Positions 17,081 to 24,717 of a DNA stretch of 64,000 nucleotides are shown here, piece after piece. Made by a program: the position numbers and the translations under genes. Origin of the DNA: a virus; the IMG/VR virus record IMGVR_UViG_3300028920_000041, positions 56,931 through 120,930 of that record; one strand, written 5' to 3'. The notes beneath the pieces were generated by a model that saw only the letters and a list, made by a program, of their open reading frames with translations, was not told the DNA's origin and did no database searches. Positions within the stretch are counted from its first letter, which is position 1. Every line of letters starts with the position of its first letter.

Positions 17081-17800
17081 ATGTCAGCGTCTGTTACATC
17101 AGATGTGATCAAGCGGTACGTAAGACGCATGCTAGGGGAACCTGTTGTTGAAGTTGAAATAGAAGACGAGACAATAAGCGAGATCATAGAGCAAGCTCTA
17201 GGTATCTATGGAACGTACAAGCCAATTGAAAAAGTAGGTACTCTAAACATCCTGTCTGGACAACAAAAGTATGAGTTGACAGCAGCCGAGGTAGGCAAAG
17301 GAATAATCGAAGTCTTTCGTCCAGACTTGCTAAGAGCACCACTTTCTTTAGACCAATTTGATGTGTTTAAATACCATACGCACTTGCCGAACCTAGATCC
17401 AGGTGACTACTACATGGAACGTCTCTGGTGGAAAGAAGTGCGTATGTCTGCCGGGTCAGACGATGATTGGTTTTTGGACTTTAACTATGATGATGGGTCA
17501 GCGACGTTTTACGTGAATCCTATTCCCAGTAGTTCTTACACACTAAATTACAGGTATGTGGTAGATCCTACTTTGGCACAAGTCCCTGCTAGTGATGATG
17601 ACTTAATCAAGGACTACATCCTAGCTCTTTGTAAAATCGTTGTTGGTGAGATAAGAAGCAAGTTCCAAGGTGTCGAAGGCGCTGAAGGCTCTATTGTGAT
17701 GAATGGTGAAGCCTTGAAAGCAGAAGGCAAAGAAGAGAAGCAGACCTTTGATGACTACTTGGCTAATAGAGGACAAATTATACCACCTATCAGAGGCTAG
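17081..17800 (+). CDS. Neck/head completion protein (T4 gp13-like)
   Basis: YVRRMLGEPVVEVEIED..I; IKDYILALCKIVVGEIRSKF...NG..L..EG..EK pattern; directly after MCP. Confidence 0.8.
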   Translation: MSASVTSDVIKRYVRRMLGEPVVEVEIEDETISEIIEQALGIYGTYKPIEKVGTLNILSGQQKYELTAAEVGKGIIEVFRPDLLRAPLSLDQFDVFKYHTHLPNLDPGDYYMERLWWKEVRMSAGSDDDWFLDFNYDDGSATFYVNPIPSSSYTLNYRYVVDPTLAQVPASDDDLIKDYILALCKIVVGEIRSKFQGVEGAEGSIVMNGEALKAEGKEEKQTFDDYLANRGQIIPPIRG

Positions 17801-17802
17801 TT

Positions 17803-17952
17803 ATGGGTCAGTTTCCTTGGCAATCTCCTGTTATTGAAGACAGTAAAGCAAAGACTAAGGATAAAAAGAAAGAAGCAAAGACCTCACTAGATCAAGAGGT
17901 AACTGGACTCCGGTATGTTCCGTGGCTTTTCAAGACTGTAAAAGATAAATAA
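17803..17952 (+). CDS. 49-aa hypothetical protein (not in ORF track)
   Basis: MGQFPWQSPVIEDSKAKTKDKKKEAKTSLDQEVTGLRYVPWLFKTVKDK; fills the gap, TAATG-coupled to the next gene. Confidence 0.55.
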   Translation: MGQFPWQSPVIEDSKAKTKDKKKEAKTSLDQEVTGLRYVPWLFKTVKDK

Positions 17953-18659
17953 TGCCCACCTTGAGATTTTCTTCTGGTAAAGACGCTAAGTACTTCAGGA
18001 AGAGATCTGCCGAAAAGGCAAGACTGTACTATCCCCCGCTGCGTTGGCTTCTCAACAGCAATACTATCACGTTAAATCTGTATGGGGAGCCTGGTAACCC
18101 TATTTCAGGTACAGACGGAGCTACATCGGTAGCAGCTACACAGCAGTTCACTTCTGCCAGTGCTGATTTTGTAGATGATGGGATCAGTCCGGGTGACATT
18201 TTGGAGATTGAAACGCCAACGTGTAACAGTGGCGACAATGGCAGGTACCAAGTAAGCTCTGTCATTGATGAGAACACACTAGACATTGGCGAGGACTGGC
18301 CTGCAGGTAACCTTTCGAACTTGGTCTATAACGTCCATCTATTGAAAGAACGCTACACAGAACATCCTCAGTTGATCCCGTTTAATGTAAAGCTACGCCC
18401 TACAGAAAAAGAGCTAACCCGGTGGGGTATTGGTGAGAGAAGAGACTGTATGTTTGTAATGAGCATTTACTTGTGTGATGAGATTGGTTTGATCCCAAAG
18501 ATAGGGGATAGGTTCCTTTATCCGTACCAAAGAAGTGGAAGACCTAGAGTCATTCACATGGAAGTCAAAAACCTCTACGAAGAAACACAGCTAACGAATA
18601 GTGCTGTACCCATTGACTATATTGGTTTTGCTGTCAGAACGACCAATAAGTTGCCGTAG
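17952..18659 (+). CDS. Neck/head closure protein (gp14-like) with inserted beta module
   Basis: NLYGE...EKELTRWGI...PKIGD.F pattern and position after the gp13-like gene; ~75-aa insertion matching the sheath repeats. Confidence 0.6.
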   Translation: MPTLRFSSGKDAKYFRKRSAEKARLYYPPLRWLLNSNTITLNLYGEPGNPISGTDGATSVAATQQFTSASADFVDDGISPGDILEIETPTCNSGDNGRYQVSSVIDENTLDIGEDWPAGNLSNLVYNVHLLKERYTEHPQLIPFNVKLRPTEKELTRWGIGERRDCMFVMSIYLCDEIGLIPKIGDRFLYPYQRSGRPRVIHMEVKNLYEETQLTNSAVPIDYIGFAVRTTNKLP

Positions 18660-19205
18660 ATGCCGAGAGCAAAGAGAACAACTAAAGCTGGAGTCCGCAA
18701 AAAGAAAAAGAACTTCACTTCTCTGATCTCTGTCTTTACTGAAGAAGTAGAGCTACACGCTTACAAGTGCAACAAAGAGATAGCCAGAGCATACACCAAA
18801 GAAGCCAAAGAGGTTATAGAGTCACAACGGTACAAATGGGCACCTTTAAGTCCTAGGTATAGAGAAGAAAAGATACAAAGAGGCTACGACCATAGGATCT
18901 ATATCAGAACGGGAGAGTTTTTAGACTCCATATCTTGGGGCGTAACACATAAGAAGGTTTGGATGGGAATTCCTTCCAGAAAGATGCATACAGGCAAGTT
19001 TGCTAGATCTGATGAGCCAGATAGAGAGCCTATTCCACTAAGAAAGCTTGCCCGGTGGTTGGAGTTTGGTACAAAGCACATTCCACCTAGACCTATTTGG
19101 AGGCCTCTTTTAGCAAAGTACGTTAGGTTATATCCTGAGTTTGGTAGGCGGTATCGTACAGCAGCAATGAGAGCTGCTAAGAGAAAAGCCAAAGTCGGTA
19201 AATGA
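18660..19205 (+). CDS. Virion morphogenesis / tail completion protein
   Basis: KWAPLSP.Y..K...L..TG.F..SI and WLEFGTKHIPPRP motifs. Confidence 0.75.
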   Translation: MPRAKRTTKAGVRKKKKNFTSLISVFTEEVELHAYKCNKEIARAYTKEAKEVIESQRYKWAPLSPRYREEKIQRGYDHRIYIRTGEFLDSISWGVTHKKVWMGIPSRKMHTGKFARSDEPDREPIPLRKLARWLEFGTKHIPPRPIWRPLLAKYVRLYPEFGRRYRTAAMRAAKRKAKVGK

Positions 19206-20122
19206 TAGATCAAATCCTTCTATATGACCAAGCCGTTGTGACGTGGCTGAATAACACGCTTCCTCCTTTGTTGGAAGGTAGGAGTACGCAGATCTTGGTC
19301 TCGACAGCCAGGAAAGCGTATGCTGAAGTTACTACCGCACGACTCGCAGACAATGAGACGTTAACCACACCGAGGATCTCTCTAACACGGCTTGATTACG
19401 TTAATGACCCTATGCGATTCAACTCTAACAGGGTTCGTAGACTGGGATGGTGCTCTACTCCAGTTAACCAATCTTTGAGAAACGCCAAATTCCCAGCGCC
19501 GGTTACTATAAGCTACCAAGTAGATCTATGGACTCGTTTTGCTAAAGAAATGAATCTATGGGTTCAGCAACTGATGTTTGACTTTGCACAACAGTACATT
19601 TACTTGAGCACAAGACCTGACTCTGTTTGGCAAGACAAACTCTTTATCATGTTCTTGGAAGGTGGGATTTCGGATAACTCCGAACTAGAACCGGGTGAAG
19701 GCGATAGGTCTATAAGAAGGACGTTTACCCTGAGAGCAGACGGCTGGATTTTCGATCAGTCTTTCTTGGACACAAAAGTTGTCAAGTCTTTGGAGTTTCA
19801 GTGGTACGACAAAGACCTGGGAACGCAGTACGAGCTGTCTTTTCTTCCACCCTTAGAGGTAGTCGATCAAGGAACGGGCGGGCAAACCACGTTTAGCTTC
19901 ACGGTCCCAAGGCCTCCAGTTTTAGAGCATTCTTTTGTTCTTCAGACATTGATAGGAACAGAAATAGAGCATGTTCAAGATGACGGTTCTGGTAACCTAT
20001 CTGGTGACAATGTCTCTTCAGGAACTTTGAACTATACAACAGGTGAAGTGTCTATCACGTTCTTTACAGCGCCGGATTCTGGTGCTGATTTGACGGTGAC
20101 ATACTTCACAGATCTGAGTTGA
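19202..20122 (+). CDS. Tail terminator/sheath stabilizer (gp15-like) with C-terminal beta domain
   Basis: P.ISL.R..Y..DP.R; P.PV.I.YQV.LWT; DNSELE.GE..R.IR..F.L...GW.F pattern; position before the sheath. Confidence 0.7.
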   Translation: MIDQILLYDQAVVTWLNNTLPPLLEGRSTQILVSTARKAYAEVTTARLADNETLTTPRISLTRLDYVNDPMRFNSNRVRRLGWCSTPVNQSLRNAKFPAPVTISYQVDLWTRFAKEMNLWVQQLMFDFAQQYIYLSTRPDSVWQDKLFIMFLEGGISDNSELEPGEGDRSIRRTFTLRADGWIFDQSFLDTKVVKSLEFQWYDKDLGTQYELSFLPPLEVVDQGTGGQTTFSFTVPRPPVLEHSFVLQTLIGTEIEHVQDDGSGNLSGDNVSSGTLNYTTGEVSITFFTAPDSGADLTVTYFTDLS

Positions 20123-20457
20123 CAATGATTATTGCTCAAATAAAGAACTTGTATCATGAACCACTTGTTATATCACTCCTTGCCAAGGGCTTTGGAGGAT
20201 CTGTACAAAACCGTCTCATGCTGCAGCTCCTAGTCGGTGACTGCATTGAAGTAGAATACAGCTCTGTTTCACCAGAGCTTATTAGTATGGCTAAAAAAGG
20301 ACGAGTGCAGATTGTAAAGATTACAACTGAAGTTGTTCCAACCGTCGAGCCAGAAAAAATTGATACGCCCCATGACGATCCGTCAAGTGTCAGTGCTGAA
20401 TCTGATGATGTAGAAGAGCAGTTTAACAAAGAACTTGAAAGAGAACTTCTTGAGTAG
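20119..20457 (+). CDS. Hypothetical protein
   Basis: 112-aa ORF (TTG 20119 or ATG 20125) with acidic tail, between terminator protein and sheath. Confidence 0.55.
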   Translation: MTMIIAQIKNLYHEPLVISLLAKGFGGSVQNRLMLQLLVGDCIEVEYSSVSPELISMAKKGRVQIVKITTEVVPTVEPEKIDTPHDDPSSVSAESDDVEEQFNKELERELLE

Positions 20458-20462
20458 CACAA

Positions 20463-20480
20463 GTTGGCACTGATGCCAAC
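20463..20480 (+). promoter_or_regulatory. Short hairpin upstream of the sheath RBS
   Basis: gttggca-ctga-tgccaac, 7-bp perfect stem about 12 nt before AAGGAG. Function unknown. Confidence 0.3.
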
Positions 20481-20503
20481 AAGCAATATAAGGAGAAAAA
20501 CAA

Positions 20504-22738
20504 ATGGCGTTCGTCAGTGCTGGAGCTTATGCACGAGAAGTAGATCTTTCTCTGTATGCAGAGACCATTACCTCAACCATTCTTGGGATGGCCCACACGT
20601 TCAACAAGGGTCCTATTGGTACTCCTACTCTTATCACGAATATTGATAGGTTGATTGCCGAGTTTGGGGAACCCATAGATCCAGGCTCTAGCTCTTCAGC
20701 ATGCCAAGGTTGGTTTGCTGCCAGAGAGTATCTCAGAAAAGGTAATAAGCTTTATGTCAATAGGGTTGAGTCTACAGCTACTCCTGCAGCCTATGCAGCA
20801 CAGTCCGTTCGTGGTGTAACGGATCAAACTCTGGCAACAGGTACAGACGGAGCTACTTCTGTTCCAGCAACCAGAACACTAACATCGGCTACCGGGGATT
20901 TTGTAAATGATGGGATTTTGGTAGGCGATGTTTTGGAGGTTGACGAAGGTGGTGCCGATGATGGGTTCTATGTTTTAACTGCGGTTGCTGCTACGGTCCT
21001 AACGATTGACAGAGACTGGCCTACAGGCTCTTTGGCCGATCAAGACTTCACGGTTTGGACAGCAAAGAAAGAGGAAGGTGAAGACGGTGTTACAAGCGCT
21101 CTTGGCGTTCGTACACTAACCTCTGCAGCATCCACGTTCCAGACCAATGGTGTTGCGGCTGGAGATATCCTCAAGATTGCGGATCCCGGTGACACGGGGG
21201 ATAACGGTGTCTATTACATTGCATCGGTTGACAGCGAAACGCAGCTAACGGTTAACAGGGACTGGCAGGAAGGTGGCCTGTCTACGCTTACCTTTACGGT
21301 TTATGGTCCAAACAGCTCCGGAGCAACAGGAAGCACCGCTACAGCCGGTGAGTTTGCCGATACGAACGCCAAGTTCCAAGATCACGGTGTTCAAGCTGGA
21401 GATATCCTCTGGATTAAGGACGCTGTTGATATTGGTGATAATGGCTATTACATGATCACAGGCCTCAAGACAGGCTCTGAAGATACCACGCTAGAGGTTA
21501 ACGAAACAGCGTGGCCTGCAGGATCTCTGACGGGTCTTACCTATGAGGTTTTTCCAGGCTCTGTTACGTATCAAGGTGCAACAAAGGGAACCGCTTTCAG
21601 TGGTCTCAGAATTATCCCTTCTGTTAATGCCAATGACAATACCAAGGTGGACCTTGAGACCAAAAACTCTGCTGGTACATTCAGGCTTGAAAAAGTCTTT
21701 TCCATGGATCGCACTGATGCGGATACGGTGATGTCTTCTGACAGTGCGTATTGGACAGCAACCATAAGGTCTAACCGGTCAGACATCGTTGCAGGGGATA
21801 CATTTACGGTCTCTGGTGGAGATGATGGGTACACAGGGATCGTAGATAGTGACTACATTGGCAACTCTACTTTAGGTACAGGACTCCGAGGCTTTAGCAA
21901 TGCAGAAGCAATTGACGTAAACTTGCTTGTGTGCCCCGGGCAATCGAGCCAGAACGTACAAGATGAGCTAATCAATATCTGTGAGTCAAGAGCAGACTGT
22001 ATGGCGATTGTAGATCCGCCAGATTGGTCTGCAATCGATACAGTCCAAGAGATTTTGAACTTCCACAATGGGACTCTAACGCGCACTACAGCGCTCAACA
22101 CAACCTATGGTGCTTTGTATTGGACTTGGCAGAAAGTTTATGATGAGTACCATGATGTTGATGTGTGGACGGCACCCTCGGGTCACATGGCAGCAGTCTA
22201 TGCCAATAACGATAACGTTCAGGCTCCTTGGTTTGCCCCGGCTGGATTAAAGCGTGGTAAGCTGACTGGATCTACCGATGTTCGTTACTCGCCCAATCAG
22301 GATGACAGAGACGCTCTTTATGGGCCTGGAGCACGGGTCAACCCCATTGTCAACTTCACAGGCTCTGGGATCTATGCTTTTGGTCAGAAAACACTAACCA
22401 CAGCGACTACAGCACTTGATAGGGTCAATGTTCGTCGGATGCTGCTTTATGTGGAAAAGGTCATTGCTACAGCATCTAGACAGCTTGTTTTTGATCCGAA
22501 TGATGATGTACTAGAGAGGGAGTTTAAGCAGCTAGTAGAGCCTGTGCTGGACGATGTTTTGTCCAGGCGCGGGATCGCTGAGTACCTGATAACAACGGCT
22601 ACGACAGATTCAGACAGAGACAACAACAAAGCCGTGTTTAAGATCTTCATCAAACCGATAAAATCAGCCGAGATTATCGAGATAGTCTTTGCTTTAACCT
22701 CGCAAGGGGCAAATTTTTCTGAGCTTATAGCAGCATAG
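20504..22738 (+). CDS. gp18: Contractile tail sheath protein (gp18 family) with three inserted beta repeats
   Basis: MAFVSAG.Y.RE.DLS; F.KGP; C-terminal PWFAPAG..RG, NPIV.F.G.G...FGQKT, RVNVRR.L, VF.PND motifs; AAGGAG RBS. Confidence 0.95.
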   Translation: MAFVSAGAYAREVDLSLYAETITSTILGMAHTFNKGPIGTPTLITNIDRLIAEFGEPIDPGSSSSACQGWFAAREYLRKGNKLYVNRVESTATPAAYAAQSVRGVTDQTLATGTDGATSVPATRTLTSATGDFVNDGILVGDVLEVDEGGADDGFYVLTAVAATVLTIDRDWPTGSLADQDFTVWTAKKEEGEDGVTSALGVRTLTSAASTFQTNGVAAGDILKIADPGDTGDNGVYYIASVDSETQLTVNRDWQEGGLSTLTFTVYGPNSSGATGSTATAGEFADTNAKFQDHGVQAGDILWIKDAVDIGDNGYYMITGLKTGSEDTTLEVNETAWPAGSLTGLTYEVFPGSVTYQGATKGTAFSGLRIIPSVNANDNTKVDLETKNSAGTFRLEKVFSMDRTDADTVMSSDSAYWTATIRSNRSDIVAGDTFTVSGGDDGYTGIVDSDYIGNSTLGTGLRGFSNAEAIDVNLLVCPGQSSQNVQDELINICESRADCMAIVDPPDWSAIDTVQEILNFHNGTLTRTTALNTTYGALYWTWQKVYDEYHDVDVWTAPSGHMAAVYANNDNVQAPWFAPAGLKRGKLTGSTDVRYSPNQDDRDALYGPGARVNPIVNFTGSGIYAFGQKTLTTATTALDRVNVRRMLLYVEKVIATASRQLVFDPNDDVLEREFKQLVEPVLDDVLSRRGIAEYLITTATTDSDRDNNKAVFKIFIKPIKSAEIIEIVFALTSQGANFSELIAA

Positions 22739-22752
22739 GCAGGGGTTACGGG

Positions 22753-23085
22753 CTAGGCAGGGGTAGGGCTTTCGATAACGTCTTCGACAGTTTCACCTCT
22801 GCTTAGTCTTGCTTTTATCTCTTTTGAGTCTAGTAGCAAGATCTCTGCAATATCTTCCAAAGTAAACACTTCACCTCGGTATTCAAACAGCTCGGGTTCT
22901 TCTTTCGCTGGTAGGATCAAGACTATTCGTTTAAGAAAGCTGTTTGTCAGGAGTAAGAAGATCTTCGTTGTTGTCAAGTACAACATACTAGCCAGTTTAC
23001 AAATAGTCCCATTACGAATTGACATAAGGTGTCTCCCTTTTGACAGTATCTGTTGATGTTCAGGCAACTCTGACTTTTCAGGCAA
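22753..23085 (-). pseudogene. Minus-strand ORF with HNH-endonuclease-associated HTH remnant
   Basis: C-terminal FEYRGEVFTLEDIAE.L.....I.ARL.RG.T.E..I resembles the DNA-binding tail of phage HNH homing endonucleases; no nuclease motif upstream. Confidence 0.45.
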
Positions 23086-23149
23086 ACCCTACCGGCGACG
23101 AAGTATATAGCGTAGATCTCGAAAGTCAACAACATTCAGGAGAAATTTT

Positions 23150-23695
23150 ATGGCTCTCACAAATCCGATGTCTGCGGACCACATAGCTGCAGAAGCAGGA
23201 TCTTTTGAACCCCAAAGGTCCAATAACTTCTCTATAGAAATTGCTCTGGAAGCAGCGGACAAAGACCTTATTATCATGGGTCTTCAGTCTGTACCACTTC
23301 CAAACGAAAGCAATGATGAAATAGAGATCCAGTATCAGAATGAAAAGAGGTACATTGCTGGCCAATACACAATAGACTCGACAACGCTGATTGTCAGAGA
23401 CTTTGTCGATCAGGACACGCGTGGTGCTTTAATGCGTTGGCGAAAGAAAGTCTATGATCCGGCTACAGGTCAGGTAGGCTTAGCAGCGGACTATAAGAAG
23501 TCAGCAAACATCGTCCTTACGGCTCCAGATGGATCAGAAAAGCGCGTTTGCAAGCTCAAGGGAACGTGGCCACAGGCTTTGACCGGTGGAAACCTTGCTA
23601 TGGATGCAAGTGACCAAGTGTTAGTTGAGTTGACCCTTCGGGTAGACAAAGCAATCTGGGATCTGCCCGGTGCCTCTGGTGGGGGTGCTGGTTAG
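23150..23695 (+). CDS. gp19: Tail tube protein (gp19 family)
   Basis: FEPQRSNNF.IEI; L.V..F.DQD...L..WRK.VYDP.TG..G.A..YKK; L.G.WP motifs; AGGAG RBS. Confidence 0.9.
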   Translation: MALTNPMSADHIAAEAGSFEPQRSNNFSIEIALEAADKDLIIMGLQSVPLPNESNDEIEIQYQNEKRYIAGQYTIDSTTLIVRDFVDQDTRGALMRWRKKVYDPATGQVGLAADYKKSANIVLTAPDGSEKRVCKLKGTWPQALTGGNLAMDASDQVLVELTLRVDKAIWDLPGASGGGAG

Positions 23696-23753
23696 GCCTA
23701 AACCTATCTTCAACTAGCTTACTCAGTCAAACAATTGTCAATAGGGGTGTCAA

Positions 23754-24539
23754 ATGGGGAAAGAGTATATTGGTGAGTTGCAAGTTGCTTCTAAGGGATT
23801 ACTCTATGATGAAAAATTTCCATCTGGAAAGCTTCATGTAGAGCCATGGGGAACCCAAGAAGAGCGGCTTTTGATCTCGCCCAACATAGACTATGATGAG
23901 GTTATAGATAGGCTCGTAAAACGTCTTACCGATTGTCCTATTCCCGCCGACGATCTAACCCTCCCTGACAGGCAACACATTTTCATTTACATGCGGTGTC
24001 TTTCTTTTGGAGGGGACTACTCGTTCTTCTTCCAATGCTCGGAGTGTAAAGAGAAAGTGAAACACTCTATGGATTTGGAAAAAGAGCTTGATGTCAAGTA
24101 CGCTGATGATCCTGAGTTGCTTAGTTCGCTAGGTTTTGATGATGCTGAAGACTTCAAAGAACCCTTCGAGTTTGTGCTACCTCTAAAGCAACAACGGGTT
24201 GGCTGGCGTATGCTTCGCGGCAAGGATGAAAGGAAGGTTAAAAAGTACGTACAAAAGATGACCAAGAGGCATGGATCTGATGAGCGTTATGACTACATCT
24301 ATAGAGCGGCTTTGCGCATTGTCTCAGTAGATGGTAAAGACCTAGAGATTACAGACAAGCTCTCTTTTGTCTCCAGCCTCAAAGGCAAAGATGCTTTAGC
24401 TATTCGTCAGGCAGTGGATAAGGTTGATTTTGGGTTGGACACAGAGCTTGAGGTTAAGTGTCGAAGTTGCGGCTATCCAAATGATCTGATTATGCCGATA
24501 GATAAGAGCTTTTTTCGTCCTGAGCGGTCAGTTATATAG
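23754..24539 (+). CDS. Tail assembly chaperone / baseplate hub assembly protein (gp26-like)
   Basis: EE.LL; DLT..DR..I.IY.R..S.G..Y; two CxxC pairs; ends DKSFFRP; lies between tube and tape measure. Confidence 0.8.
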   Translation: MGKEYIGELQVASKGLLYDEKFPSGKLHVEPWGTQEERLLISPNIDYDEVIDRLVKRLTDCPIPADDLTLPDRQHIFIYMRCLSFGGDYSFFFQCSECKEKVKHSMDLEKELDVKYADDPELLSSLGFDDAEDFKEPFEFVLPLKQQRVGWRMLRGKDERKVKKYVQKMTKRHGSDERYDYIYRAALRIVSVDGKDLEITDKLSFVSSLKGKDALAIRQAVDKVDFGLDTELEVKCRSCGYPNDLIMPIDKSFFRPERSVI

Positions 24540-24717
24540 CGTCCAAGATCAGGCTAGTATCATAAATGACCTAGTCTTCTATGGAGGTTTTAGTTACGAA
24601 GCCGCCGTAACGATGCCAGTGTTCGAAAGAGACTTTCATCATCAGGAGATAAAGCGCAAGAGATCTGAAGAAAGAGATTTTCAACTAGCAATCCATGGCG
24701 TGAAGAAGAAGAGCTAA
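24502..24717 (+). CDS. Start-less chaperone extension ORF (gp51-like/'G-T' type), probably reached by frameshift
   Basis: +1 frame open from a TAG at 24499-24501 to a TAA at 24715-24717, overlapping the tape-measure ATG; encodes ...LVFYGGFSYEAAVTMPVFERDFHHQEIKRKR...; no ATG/GTG/TTG in its first ~35 codons. Confidence 0.7.
   Translation: MRAFFVLSGQLYSVQDQASIINDLVFYGGFSYEAAVTMPVFERDFHHQEIKRKRSEERDFQLAIHGVKKKS

Noticed and set aside
15500-23760. T4-type late promoter TATAAATA, or a GTCAA motif, upstream of structural genes
   Set aside because: TATAAATA was not seen in these intergenic regions. GTCAA recurs before several genes but at inconsistent spacing and is too short to be significant.
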